From the NCBI GenBank assembly GCA_964016885.1, contig OZ024744.1, positions 104,098,001 through 104,162,000 of the forward strand: 64,000 bases of DNA. The letters are read 5' to 3'. Origin of the DNA: Eledone cirrhosa. Its lineage: Eukaryota. Made by a program: the position numbers and the translations under genes. The notes under the pieces were generated by a model that was given only the letters and a program-made list of their open reading frames with translations, was not told the DNA's origin and made no database searches. Positions 22,772-38,400 of this stretch are shown here, piece by piece (position 1 is the first letter of the stretch; every line of letters starts with the position of its first letter).

Positions 22772-23146
22772 TCTTGGTCAGATGGTGGATGGGTGCTACA
22801 CGAGAATGCTGAGGATGGCTCTGAACATTAATCAGTATACACTGAGGATGAAAAACTCAGAGCTGTATGGGAGCATCCCAAACGTCAGCTCAAAAGTGAC
22901 ACAGAAGAGACTGAGGTTAGCTGGACATGCTCACCGACATCCAGAGTTGACATTGCACTCAGTGCTCCTTTGGGAGCCCCTACATGGACACACTAGAAGA
23001 GGAAGACCAAGGTTAACGTATGTTGATGCCCTAAGGACAGACACTGGTCTGTTGGAGATGCAGGACATGGCAGCGATAATGAGGGACAGAGACTGCTGGT
23101 GAGAACTCGTCCATGGATCTCGGGAATTTTACCCGCCTTAGATAGA
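22772..23146 (+). mobile_element. RTE-like LINE ORF C-terminal fragment inserted in (TA)n
   Basis: DGCYTRMLRMALNI...RLRLAGHAHRHPE...LLWEPLHGHTRRGRPRLTYVD, typical RTE/RTE-X thumb and C-terminal motifs. Confidence 0.75.
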
Positions 23147-23164
23147 TATATATATATATAAGTA

Positions 23165-24160
23165 ATCATCATCATCATCATTTTACGCCCGCTTTTCTGT
23201 GCTTGCAAGAGCAGGACGGGTCCTTTTCAGTACAGCATCTCTCTATTTGTCACGGTCCTTCGTCATTTCCTCTGTGAGATTCAGCGATCTGAGGTCTGTT
23301 CTCACCACCTCCGCCCATGATTTTCATAGTCTTCCTCTACTGCGTCTTCCTTCTACTGGGATTTCTTGACACTTCTTTATCCAGCGGTCATACTCCATGC
23401 ACATCACGTGTCCATACCATCGCAGTCTTTCCTGCACACTATAGCCTATCCCTCTTATACACAGTTTCTCTCTCAACTCGTCTATGCTTGGTCGTTCACG
23501 CACATTGACATTGCACATCCAACGGAGCATGCTTGCTTCATTTCTCTCCAGCCGTCGCATATCCTCCGCAGTTGCTGCCCATGTCTCACTACTATGCAGC
23601 ATCGCACATCTCACACAGGCATCATATAACTGGCCTTTCGTTAGTAGGGAGAAACCCTTCTTTGTCAACAGAGGAAGCAGCTCTCTAAACTTCTTCTAAC
23701 CCAGCCTTATTCTAGATACTATGGCCTCGGAGCACCCACCTCACTTGCTCATCTGATCACCTAGTTATCGGAAGCTGTCAACCACCTCTATAGATCCTAC
23801 CTGCATTTGAAAAATGTGTCTATCACTGCGACTTCTGTCAAATTTCCCTGTACATCTACTGCATATGTAGCTTTCCCTTCCTGTTAGTTTGTCTGCTATC
23901 CCACTATGCCTCTTGTGTACCCAAAATCTGTATTGTGAACATTCTATAGAATTTATGCCAACTCCTTTTCTACATACCTAACATGGCCATTTCCCTCATG
24001 AATCAGAGTTTTGTCCTCTTTCCTACTTATCAACACTTTAGCCTTTGCTAGGTTCACTCTCAGTCCTCTTGATTCCATCTTCTGTTTCAATAGCCAGAAT
24101 TTATTCTCAAGCTCCTCTACTGATTCTGCTATAAGTAGTAGATCATCAGCATAAACTACA
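23165..24160 (-). mobile_element. Decayed RTE (BovB-like) LINE fragment, RT through C-terminus
   Basis: YADDLLLIAES near 24150; KGQLYDACVRCAMLHSSETW...RLERNEASMLRWMC...RLRWYGHV...GRRSRGR; (GAT)n tail at about 23165; stops and frameshifts. Confidence 0.85.
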
Positions 24161-24338
24161 GGGTGGAGAGGGCCCCTGAGTCCAGTAAGACAACCTCTCT
24201 AGTGCTGGTGGCACGAATAAAAGCACTCAGTCCAGCTGTAAAGTGGTGCTCGTGTTAGAAAGGGCATCCAACCAGTATATTAATGCCAAAAAATTATGAG
24301 CACAACAGACACATATATATATATATATATGTGTGTGT

Positions 24339-24756
24339 ATCATCATCATCATCATCATCATCATTGTTTAACGTCCATCTTCCACGCTTGCATGGGTTTG
24401 GACGGAAGTTTTCCCACTTGAGGCAAGATTGGTTGTCTTGCTCATATAGGACTGTCTGGCGGGTTTTCTACGGCTGGATGCCCTTCTTAACACCAACCAC
24501 ATTTACAGTGTGGACTGGGAGGTTTTTACCGTGTTACCTACACGGCCACATTACAGCGTGGACTGTGTGTTTTTTTGCCGTGACACCTACACGTCTGGCG
24601 GGTTTTCTACGGCTGGGTGCCGTTCCCAACACCACCCACGTTTACAGTGTGGACTGGGAGGTTTTTACCGTGTTACTTACACGGCCAAATTATAGTGTGG
24701 ACTGTGTGTTTTTTTGTCGTGACACCTACACGACCTCATTTGTTTCGGACTGGATG
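24339..24756 (-). mobile_element. RTE 3'UTR fragment (same family as 127-636) with internal duplication
   Basis: Reverse complement of about 360-635, with (CAT)n on the left. Confidence 0.75.
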
Positions 24757-25269
24757 TATATATATATATATATATATTTATATATGTGTGTGTGTATATA
24801 TATCTCCTAACCATCACAACTGGTGATATATTTCAGAAACTCACCATCTAAAATACGTTTTTTTTATTTTAAAAAATATAAATATCTTGTTATGGAACAG
24901 GAATATTTCAGTTGGTTTCTAAGCTGGTAATTTTCTTAGAAACTAGATAATTCTATCAGAGGCTGCAGTACATATTACTTTAGTTCCATTATATAATGAA
25001 AAACAGATAACCATATTCTGTGCAATGTGATGATTCCATGTCATGATCCAGCAACTTCTCATTAATAAGAACCTAAGGTTCTTAGAGGATCTAACTATTC
25101 AATTCTAAAGGTTTGTTTGATCAACAGTAGAACCAGGGCCAGCTTCAGAGGAGTTGAGCTTTCTGTCTTCAGTTGAAGTAAATGTATGTCAGTGAGCAAC
25201 TGGCTGATTTAAAAAACGTTGGAAAAGTTTGGAATCTGAAATTTAGATGTCACAACGTAAATAACTAAA

Positions 25270-25459
25270 ATAATAGTTTCTGATATAGGCACAAGGCCAG
25301 CAATTAAATCGACCCCAGTGCATGACTGGTACTTTATTTAATCAACCATATAAAGATGAAAGGCAAAGCTAACCTCAGTGTGATTTGAACTCAGAATGTA
25401 AAGGGACATAACTCTATGCCTCAAAGTATGTTATCCAACACTCTACCAATACTGCCAAT
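25270..25459 (-). mobile_element. tRNA-derived SINE (same family as 4307)
   Basis: Plus strand reads GGCACAAGGCCAGCAATT...CTGGTACTTTATTT...GATGAAAGGCAAAG...GATTTGAACTCAG...ATACTGCCAA. Confidence 0.8.
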
Positions 25460-25773
25460 ACATAGTTGGGAATAGGATAAAGTACCCCTGGCATGGTTTT
25501 ATTCCTTGCAAGCACCTCTGTCCCTTTTTTTTCTGATCCCATGTGTAATTTAGCCAATTTTCTCTACTAATATTTATAGTGATGACTATTATTATTGTAG
25601 TCATTTACACTGGGACAACTACATTTCAAGAATATGTGAGTGCTGTAAATTGTTGGTTGTATATTGAGCTAAAGATAGTGAAAGTCGTTAGAAAGTTGGA
25701 CAGAATGTTTTGTGGATTTCACCTCTCTGAACTCATCCTTTCGAGGTTGATAGATAGAATACTAATCGGGTAT

Positions 25774-25907
<134 letters not shown>

Positions 25908-26089
25908 AAGAAATTGGTTGTGTAATAGCCTGGAGAGAGATGTGTTCTGCCAGGATGTCAAAGATATGGGCTGCAATTCCCAACAGCACCCCAATAATAC
26001 CATCAGAAGTTAAGTGCCCCTGCCCTGGCATAGCAAACATTTTCTGGGGTGTTTCTTTGTTAGATTGAAATTAATTCTTCCAATTGACA

Positions 26090-26371
26090 TCGATACACCT
26101 TAGATTTGTATCAATACACCCTAGATTTGTATCAATACCCCCTAGATTTTTTATCAATATACCCTAGATTTATATCAATACACCATAGATTTATATCAAT
26201 ATACCTTAGATTTATATCAATACACCTTAGATTTGTATCGATACATCCTAGATTTGTATCAATACCCACTAGATTTATATCAATATACCCTAGATTTATA
26301 TCAATATACCCTAGATTTATATCAATATACTTCAGATTTATATCAATATACCTTAGATTTATATAAATATA
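26090..26371. repeat. 21-bp satellite, left remnant (~13 degenerate copies)
   Basis: CCCTAGATTT(A/G)TATCAATATA units. Confidence 0.9.
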
Positions 26372-29300
26372 TATAATAATAATAATGAAAATATTGTGTA
26401 CAGTGCACTACAACTCATCAAAAAGTGTATGTAGAGTACATAGGGTAATGTACAAACGTCAGGAAAATGAACAGTGCATGAGTCATGATATACACATGTG
26501 TGCATGTGTATGGAAGGGGTACATCAAGTGTAGTTTTGGCGAATTTCGGGAAGCATGAGTGTTTTAAAGGATGCAGTGTCTCAGCAGTTAACAACTGACG
26601 CAGGCAGTTTGTTCCATGTTTCAGCAACTCTAAGCATGAAAAAATGTTTCCGAAAGTCATGGGAGCTGTGCTGTTTTCTGACTTTGTAGGCATGTTCACG
26701 TGTGTTAGACACATGGAGATCAAAAAGGTGCTCAGGGTTGTTGTTGGCGAGATGGTTAATAACTTTGTTGGTGTTTACCAAGCCCATTGCCAGACGTCGG
26801 AGCTTCAATGAATCCATGCCCAGGGAAGCAAGGCGTTCAGAGTATGGTAGGTGTCTGATGGAGGGTATGCGCTTGGTTGCATGTGTCTGAACAGTTTCCA
26901 GGAGGTCAATGTTCTGAGCAAGATAGGGGTTCCAGACTGACGATGCGAATTCCAAGTGTGGTCGTACCATAGCTGTATACAGTTTTAAATAGATGGCTGG
27001 AGAGCGGCTAACAAAGGTCTTGCTGAGTGATGCCAAGACACCCTCAGCCTTCTTGACAATCTTAGAGACATGCTTTGTCCAACGCAAAACGCTGCTGACA
27101 GTAATGCCCAGGTCACGTTCACAAGAGGACTTCTTGATATCAGTGTTGTGGAGGGAGTATGTGGACGCTGGAATTTTCCTCCCAAAATGCATGGTGGTAC
27201 ACTTGTCCACAGTCAGCTTCAGTTGCCAGTCTGTGATCCATTGCTGCATTGTGTCCAGGTCTGATTGTAGAAAAGAGTTGTAGATTTCAGGATCAGCCCT
27301 TTTGATTTCAAGGTACAGCTTGATGTCGTCTACATATTTCAGTACCGTGGCATTCTTTAAGTTGGCATCTATGTCATTAATATATGCCACAAACAAAAGG
27401 GGACCAAGAACAGATCCCTGTGGTACACCAGATGACATCTCATAGGGTGAAGAATGCTGTCCTAGAACCGTGACTACTTCCTTTCGGCTGAGAATGAAGG
27501 ATTTCAACCAGTTAAAAAGATCATCCCTCACACCCATTGCAGAGAGTTTCGCCATAAGTCTTTTGTGTGGCACAGAATTAAAAGCCTTAGCGAAGTCAAG
27601 GTAAACAACATCCACTCATGAGCCGCTGTCATTGATCCGGATAATGTCTTCAAGGAACTCGATAAGCTGATCACAGCAGCTGGAGGGCCGGATGAGGCTG
27701 TGAGAGCTCCAGAAGTTCCAAAGTGTTTCTCTGACACAGGATTCCATCAGTTTGGCAATACGGCTAGTAAGACTGACAGGACGATAGTTGACAGGTGACG
27801 TGCGGTCGCCCTTTTTGAACAGGGGAATGACACTGGCAGTTTTCCACTGCTCCGGAGTAGCACCAGTATTGAAAGAAGAAAGAAAGCTGGTGCAAAAGGA
27901 AGTACCTGCCATGTTTGAGAAGCAGGTATGTAACACCATCAAGACCAGGGGAGGCATAATTGCGCTTATTCTTAAGGTGACGTCGCAACATTACAGGTGT
28001 AAATTCCATAGTTGTTATGGAATTTGATGTTAGAGATGGTGGAGATGGTACATTCTGGTTTTCAACAGTAAAAATACTTGCATAGCACTCAGCAATGAGT
28101 TCTACACATTCTTTGGGATCGTCAGTGATCTGGCTTGTGTGGGGATTACGGAGAGGACTAACTGGAGAGTGAGGTCTCTGCTTTGAATGTACATATTTCC
28201 AGAACACCTTACTGTCAGGATTGGTTGCTATGCACTGTTCAAATTCAAGCACTGACTTTTTTGTCACTTGCTTGAGAGGGTTAGAAGATTTATTCCGCTT
28301 TTTTCTATTGGCATCTGATTTATGCAGTTTATATTCCTGTTCAGCATTCCGACGTTCTTTCCTGGCAAGTCGGACCGCTGAAGTTTCCCAAATTGCACTT
28401 TTGGTGTGGGTTCTTTTCTGCTTACGTGGCACCGATGCTGCACACGCTATCCATATTGAGTCCAGGATGCTCTGGAGTATAGTGTTCACATCTCCAGAGT
28501 TATAGAACTCATGCCAGTTTGGGCGCTGTAGCTCAGTGCAGTACAAGTTCCAATCTGCTTTCTTCCAATCAAAGCAAGCAGATTGGAGATGGTTCTGGTT
28601 TTTGTTGCTGCCAACAAGAGCCAGATTGGCAATGATCATAGCATGATCAGAGTTGCCTAGAGGTTCCTCAGTAGTACAACTGATAACCACTTCAGGAGTA
28701 GTGGTGAAGAACAGTTCCAAAGTGTTTGTCACCTCTTGTTGGAGAGGTGACTACTTGTGACCAGTTTGAGTCCAGCAATAGCTCAAGGAAATCGTTTGCA
28801 CTTTGTGGCCAATGAAAGGTTTCCCAATTGATATCAGGATGATTGAAGTCACCTGCAATAAACACATAAGTGGCTGTTTTCCTGGCAGCAGCTCTGAGGA
28901 TATCGCAAAGCTGTGTGTCCTGATGGTAGTTTGGGGGGCGACAAACAACACCAAGCAGAAGTGTTGACATGGTCATACGTATGTCACAGAAAAAAACTTC
29001 TTCCTGTGATTCGTTCAAATCAACGCAAGGAATTACCGAAAAGTTTGAACGAACGTAGACCATCACACCACCACCACGGCGATTAATGCGGTCCTTGTGG
29101 AAAAGGTTGTACCCAATTATGCTGCGAACCCCATCACAGAGTAAAGAATGTGCCCATGTTTCAGTGACTGCGATGAAGTCAGGGTCGATGTTTCTGACGT
29201 AGGAGTTAAACAGATGTATCTTGTTGCATAAACTGTAAGCATTTAAGGACAACAATTTGTACCCTGCTTGCAGTATATGATGGTGTGTAGAGAATGGCAG

Positions 29301-29401
29301 GTTGTTCTGGTTTAGTTTCCCAGAGTTGTAGCAGTTTTTTCATTGCCAGTTATTGTGGGTAGAGCACACTCAGACCAGCTGGTATGTCTCTTCCACGTTT
29401 C
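26372..29401 (-). mobile_element. CR1-type LINE, 5'-truncated, with disrupted ORF2 (APE endonuclease + reverse transcriptase)
   Basis: EN motifs: AVTETW, GGGVMVY, GDFNHPDINW, LGNSDH. RT motifs: NYRPVSLTS, VYLDFAKAF, SGVPQGSVLGPLLF, YVDD, MVRPHLEFASSVWNP. Several frameshifts and stops; (ATT)n 3' tail. Confidence 0.92.
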
Positions 29402-32400
29402 ATTTATATCAATATACCTGAGATTTATATCAATATACCCTAGATTTATATCAATATACCCTAGATTTATATCAATATACCCTAGATATATATCAATATA
29501 CACTAGTTTTATATCAATATACCCTAGATTTATATCAATACACCTTAGATTTATATCAATATACCTTAGATTTATATCAATATACCCTAGATTTATATCA
29601 ATATACCCTAGATTTATATCAATACACCTTAGATTTATATCAATATACCCTAGATTTATATCAATATACCTTAGATTTATATCAATATACCCTAGATTTA
29701 TATCAAAACACATTAGATTTATGTCAATATACCCTAGATTTATATCAATATACCTTAGTTTTATATCAATATACCCTAGATTTATATCAATATACCCTAG
29801 GTTTATATCAATATACCTTAGATTTATATCAATATACCCTAGATTTATATCGATATACCCTAGATATATATCAAAACACATTAGATTTATGTCAATATAC
29901 CCTAGATTTATCTCAATATACCCTATATTTATATCAATATACCCTAGATTTATATCAATATACCCTAGAATCATATCTATATACCCTAGATATATCTCAA
30001 TATACCCTAGATTTATATCAATATACCCTAGATATATATCAATATACCCTAGAATCATATCAATATACCTTAGATATATATCAATGTACCCTAGAGTTAT
30101 ATCAATATACCCTAGATTTATATCAATATACCCGAGATTTATATCAATATACCCTAGATATATATTAATATACCCTAGATTTATATCAATATACCCTAGA
30201 TTTATATCAATATACCCTAGATTTATATTAATATACCCTAGATTTATATCAATATAGCCTAGATTTATATCAATATACCCTAGATTTATACTAATATACC
30301 CTAGATCTATATCAATATACCCTAGATTTATATCAATACACCCTAGTTTAATATCAATATACCCTAGATATATATTAATATACCCTAGATTTATCTCAAT
30401 ATACCCTAGATTTATATCAATATACCCTAGATTTATCTCAATATACCCTATATTTATATCAATATACCCTAGATTTATATCAATATACCCTAGAATCATA
30501 TCTATATACCCTAGATTTATATCAATATACCCTAGATATATATCAATATACCCTAGATTTATATCAATATACCCTAGAATCATATCTATATACCCTAGAT
30601 TTATATCAATATACCCTAGATTTATATCAATATACCCTAGATTTATATCAATATACACTAGATTTATATCAATATACCCTAGATTTATATCAATATACCC
30701 TAGATTTATATCAATATACCCTAGATTTATATCAATATACACTAGATTTATATCAATATACCCTAGATTTATATCAATATACCCTAGATTTATATCAATA
30801 TACCCTAGATATATATCAATATACCCTAGATTTATATCAATATACACTAGATTTATATCAATATACCCTAGATTTATATCAATATACCCTAGATATATAT
30901 CAATATACCCTAGATTTATATCAATATACACTAGATTTATATCAATATACCCTAGATATATATCAATATACCCTAGATTTATATCAATATACCCTAGATA
31001 TATATCAATATACCCTAGATTTATATCAATATACACTAGATTTATATCAATATACCCTAGATTTATATTAATATACCCTAGATATATATCAATATACCCT
31101 AGATTTATATCAATATACCCTAGATTTATATCAATATACCCTAGATTTATATCAATACTCCCTAGAGTTATATCAATATACCCTAGATTTATATCAATAT
31201 ACCCTAGATTTATATTAATATACCCTAGATTTATATCAATATAACAATGATTTCTATTAATATACCCTAGATTTATATCAATATACCCTAGATTTATATT
31301 AATATACCCTAGATTTATATCAATATAACAATGATTTATATCAATATACCCTAGATTTATATCAATATACCCTAGATATATATCAATATACCCTAGATTT
31401 ATATCAATATAACAATGATTTCTATTAATATACCCTAGAGTTATATCAATATACCCTAGATTTATATCAATATACCCTAGATTTATATCAATATAACAAT
31501 GATTTCTATTAATATACCCTAGATTTATATCAATATAACCTAGACTTATATCAATATAACCTAGATTTATATCAATATACCAATGATTTATATCAATATA
31601 GCCTAGATTTATATCAATATACCCTACATTTATAGCAATATACCCTACATTTATAGCAATATACCCTAGATATATATCAATATACCTTATATTTATATAA
31701 ATATACCCTAGATTTATATTAATATACCCTAGATTTATATCAATACCCCCTAGTTTTATATCAATATACCCTAGATTTATATCAATATACCCTAGATTTA
31801 TATCAATATACCCTAGATTTATATCAATATAACAATGATTTATATCAATATACCCTAGATTTATATCAATATAACAATGATTTATATCAATATACCCTAG
31901 ATTTATATCAATATAACAATGATTTATATCAATACACCCTAGATTTATATCAATACACCCTAGATTTATATCAATATACCTTAGATTGATATCAATATAC
32001 CCTAGATTTATATCAATATACCCTAGATTTATATCAATATACACTAGATTTATATCAATACACCCTAGATTTATATCAATATCCCCTAGATTTATATCAA
32101 TATACCCTAGATATATATCAATATACCCTAGATTTATATCAATATACCCTAGATTTATATCAATATACCTCAGATATATATCAATATACGCTAGATTTAT
32201 ATCAATATACCCTATATTTATATCAATATACCCTAGATATATATCAATATACCCTAGATTTATATGAATATACCCTAGATATATATTAATATACCTTATA
32301 TTTATATCAATACCCCCTAGTTTTATATCAATACACCCTAGATTTATATCAATATACCCCAGATTTATATCAATATACCTTAGTTTTATATCAATATACT

Positions 32401-35400
32401 CTAGATTTATAACAATATACCCTAGATATATATCAATATACCCCAGATTTATATCAATATACCCTAGATTTATATCAATACACTTAGATTTATATCAATA
32501 CCTCCGAGATTTATAGCAATATACCCTAGATTTATATCAATATACCCTAGATATATATCAATATACCCTAGATTTACATCAATGTACCCTAGATTTATAT
32601 CAATATACCCTAGATTTCTATCAATATACCCTAGTTATATATCAATATCGCCTAGATTTATATCAATACACCCTAGATTTATATCAATATACCCTAGACT
32701 TATATCAATATACCCTAGATTTATATCAATATACCCTAGACTTATATCAATATACCCTAGATTTATATCAATATACCTTAAATTTATATCAATATACCCT
32801 AGATATATATCAATATACCCTAGATTTATATCAATATAGCCTAGATTTCTATTAATATACCCTAGATTTATATCAGTACAACCTAGATTTATATCAATAT
32901 ACCCTAGATATATATCAATATACGCTAGATTTATATCAATATACCCTAGATTTATATCAATATACCCTAGATTTATATCAATATACCCTAGATTTATATC
33001 AATATACCTCAGATTTATATCAATATACCCTAGATTTATATCAATATACACTAGATTTATATCAATATACCTTAGATTTATATCAATATACTTTAGTTTT
33101 ATTTTAATATATCCTAGAGTTATATCAATAAACCCTAGATTTATATCAATATACCTTAGATATATATCAATATACCCTAGATTTATATCAATATAGCGTA
33201 GTTGTATATCAATATACCCTAGATTTATATCAATATACCCTAGATATATATCAATATACCCTAGATTTATATCAATATAGCCTAGATTTCTATTAATATA
33301 CCCTAGATTTATATCAATACAACCTAGATTTATCTCAATATACCCTAGATTTATAGCAATATACCCTAGATTTATATCAATACAACCTAGATTTATATCA
33401 ATATACCCTAGATATATATCAATATACGCTAGATTTATATCAATATACCCTAGATTTATATCGATATACCCTAGATATATATCAAAACACATTAGATTTA
33501 TGTCAATATACCCTAGATTTATCTCAATATACCCTATATTTATATCAATATACCCTAGATTTATATCAATATACCCTAGAATCATATCTATATACCCTAG
33601 ATATATCTCAATATACCCTAGATTTATATCAATATACCCTAGATATATATCAATATACCCTAGAATCATATCAATATACCTTAGATATATATCAATGTAC
33701 CCTAGAGTTATATCAATATACCCTAGATTTATATCAATATACCCGAGATTTATATCAATATACCCTAGATATATATTAATATACCCTAGATTTATATCAA
33801 TATACCCTAGATTTATATCAATATACCCTAGATTTATATTAATATACCCTAGATTTATATCAATATAGCCTAGATTTATATCAATATACCCTAGATTTAT
33901 ACTAATATACCCTAGATCTATATCAATATACCCTAGATTTATATCAATACACCCTAGTTTAATATCAATATACCCTAGATATATATTAATATACCCTAGA
34001 TTTATCTCAATATACCCTAGATTTATATCAATATACCCTAGATTTATCTCAATATACCCTATATTTATATCAATATACCCTAGATTTATATCAATATACC
34101 CTAGAATCATATCTATATACCCTAGATTTATATCAATATACCCTAGATATATATCAATATACCCTAGATTTATATCAATATACCCTAGAATCATATCTAT
34201 ATACCCTAGATTTATATCAATATACCCTAGATTTATATCAATATACCCTAGATTTATATCAATATACACTAGATTTATATCAATATACCCTAGATTTATA
34301 TCAATATACCCTAGATTTATATCAATATACCCTAGATTTATATCAATATACACTAGATTTATATCAATATACCCTAGATATATATCAATATACCCTAGAT
34401 TTATATCAATATACCCTAGATATATATCAATATACCCTAGATTTATATCAATATACACTAGATTTATATCAATATACCCTAGATTTATATTAATATACCC
34501 TAGATATATATCAATATACCCTAGATTTATATCAATATACCCTAGATTTATATCAATATACCCTAGATTTATATCAATACTCCCTAGAGTTATATCAATA
34601 TACCCTAGATTTATATCAATATACCCTAGATTTATATTAATATACCCTAGATTTATATCAATATAACAATGATTTCTATTAATATACCCTAGATTTATAT
34701 CAATATACCCTAGATTTATATTAATATACCCTAGATTTATATCAATATAACAATGATTTATATCAATATACCCTAGATTTATATCAATATACCCTAGATA
34801 TATATCAATATACCCTAGATTTATATCAATATAACAATGATTTCTATTAATATACCCTAGAGTTATATCAATATACCCTAGATTTATATCAATATACCCT
34901 AGATTTATATCAATATAACAATGATTTCTATTAATGTACCCTAGATTTATATCAATATACCCTAGACTTATATCAATATAACCTAGATTTATATCAATAT
35001 ACCAATGATTTATATCAATATACCCTAGATTTATATCAATATACCCTACATTTATAGCAATATACCCTAGATTTATATCAATATACCCTAGATTTATATC
35101 AATATATCCTAGATTTATATCAATATACCCTAGATTTATATCAATATACCCTAGATATATATCAATATACCCTAGATATATATCAATATACCCTAGATAT
35201 ATATCAATATACCCTAGATATATATCAATATACCTCAGATATATATCAATATACCCTAGATTTATATCAATATACCCTAGATTTATATCAATATACCTCA
35301 GATATATATCAATATACCCTAGATTTATATCAATATACCCTATATTTATATCAATATACCCTAGATATATATCAATATACCCTAGATTTATATGAATATA

Positions 35401-38400
35401 CCCTAGATATATATTAATATACCTTATATTTATATCAATACCCCCTAGTTTTATATCAATACACCCTAGATTTATATCAATATACCCCAGATTTATATCA
35501 ATATACCTTAGTTTTATATCAATATACTCTAGATTTATAACAATATACCCTAGATATATATCAATATACCCCAGATTTATATCAATATACCCTAGATTTA
35601 TATCAATATACCCTAGATATATATCAATATACCTTATATTTATATAAATATACCCTAGATTTATATTAATATACCCTAGATTTATATCAATACCCCCTAG
35701 TTTTATATCAATATACCCTAGATTTATATCAATATACCCTAGATTTATATCAATATACCCTAGATTTATATCAATATAACAATGATTTATATCAATATAC
35801 CCTAGATTTATATCAATATAACAATGATTTATATCAATATACCCTAGATTTATATCAATATAACAATGATTTATATCAATACACCCTAGATTTATATCAA
35901 TACACCCTAGATTTATATCAATATACCTTAGATTGATATCAATATACCCTAGATTTATATCAATATACCCTAGATTTATATCAATATACACTAGATTTAT
36001 ATCAATACACCCTAGATTTATATCAATATCCCCTAGATTTATATCAATATACCCTAGATATATATCAATATACCCTAGATTTATATCAATATACCCTAGA
36101 TTTATATCAATATACCTCAGATATATATCAATATACGCTAGATTTATATCAATATACCCTATATTTATATCAATATACCCTAGATATATATCAATATACC
36201 CTAGATTTATATGAATATACCCTAGATATATATTAATATACCTTATATTTATATCAATACCCCCTAGTTTTATATCAATACACCCTAGATTTATATCAAT
36301 ATACCCCAGATTTATATCAATATACCTTAGTTTTATATCAATATACTCTAGATTTATAACAATATACCCTAGATATATATCAATATACCCCAGATTTATA
36401 TGAATATACCCTAGATTTATATCAATACACTTAGATTTATATCAATACCTCCGAGATTTATAGCAATATACCCTAGATTTATCTCAATATACCCTATATT
36501 TATATCAATATACCCTAGATTTATATCAATATACCCTAGAATCATATCTATATACCCTAGATATATCTCAATATACCCTAGATTTATATCAATATACCCT
36601 AGATATATATCAATATACCCTAGAATCATATCAATATACCTTAGATATATATCAATGTACCCTAGAGTTATATCAATATACCCTAGATTTATATCAATAT
36701 ACCCGAGATTTATATCAATATACCCTAGATATATATTAATATACCCTAGATTTATATCAATATACCCTAGATTTATATCAATATACCCTAGATTTATATT
36801 AATATACCCTAGATTTATATCAATATAGCCTAGATTTATATCAATATACCCTAGATTTATACTAATATACCCTAGATCTATATCAATATACCCTAGATTT
36901 ATATCAATACACCCTAGTTTAATATCAATATACCCTAGATATATATTAATATACCCTAGATTTATCTCAATATACCCTAGATTTATATCAATATACCCTA
37001 GATTTATCTCAATATACCCTATATTTATATCAATATACCCTAGATTTATATCAATATACCCTAGAATCATATCTATATACCCTAGATTTATATCAATATA
37101 CCCTAGATATATATCAATATACCCTAGATTTATATCAATATACCCTAGAATCATATCTATATACCCTAGATTTATATCAATATACCCTAGATTTATATCA
37201 ATATACCCTAGATTTATATCAATATACACTAGATTTATATCAATATACCCTAGATTTATATCAATATACCCTAGATTTATATCAATATACCCTAGATTTA
37301 TATCAATATACACTAGATTTATATCAATATACCCTAGATATATATCAATATACCCTAGATTTATATCAATATACCCTAGATATATATCAATATACCCTAG
37401 ATTTATATCAATATACACTAGATTTATATCAATATACCCTAGATTTATATTAATATACCCTAGATATATATCAATATACCCTAGATTTATATCAATATAC
37501 CCTAGATTTATATCAATATACCCTAGATTTATATCAATACTCCCTAGAGTTATATCAATATACCCTAGATTTATATCAATATACCCTAGATTTATATTAA
37601 TATACCCTAGATTTATATCAATATAACAATGATTTCTATTAATATACCCTAGATTTATATCAATATACCCTAGATTTATATTAATATACCCTAGATTTAT
37701 ATCAATATAACAATGATTTATATCAATATACCCTAGATTTATATCAATATACCCTAGATATATATCAATATACCCTAGATTTATATCAATATAACAATGA
37801 TTTCTATTAATATACCCTAGAGTTATATCAATATACCCTAGATTTATATCAATATACCCTAGATTTATATCAATATAACAATGATTTCTATTAATGTACC
37901 CTAGATTTATATCAATATACCCTAGACTTATATCAATATAACCTAGATTTATATCAATATACCAATGATTTATATCAATATACCCTAGATTTATATCAAT
38001 ATACCCTACATTTATAGCAATATACCCTAGATTTATATCAATATACCCTAGATTTATATCAATATATCCTAGATTTATATCAATATACCCTAGATTTATA
38101 TCAATATACCCTAGATATATATCAATATACCCTAGATATATATCAATATACCCTAGATATATATCAATATACCCTAGATATATATCAATATACCTCAGAT
38201 ATATATCAATATACCCTAGATTTATATCAATATACCCTAGATTTATATCAATATACCTCAGATATATATCAATATACCCTAGATTTATATCAATATACCC
38301 TATATTTATATCAATATACCCTAGATATATATCAATATACCCTAGATTTATATGAATATACCCTAGATATATATTAATATACCTTATATTTATATCAATA

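Noticed and set aside
26581-29255. Active LINE or domesticated RT gene
   Set aside because: ORF2 is split into four pieces by frameshifts and stops, catalytic motifs are altered (AFN, YVDD), and the element is 5'-truncated.
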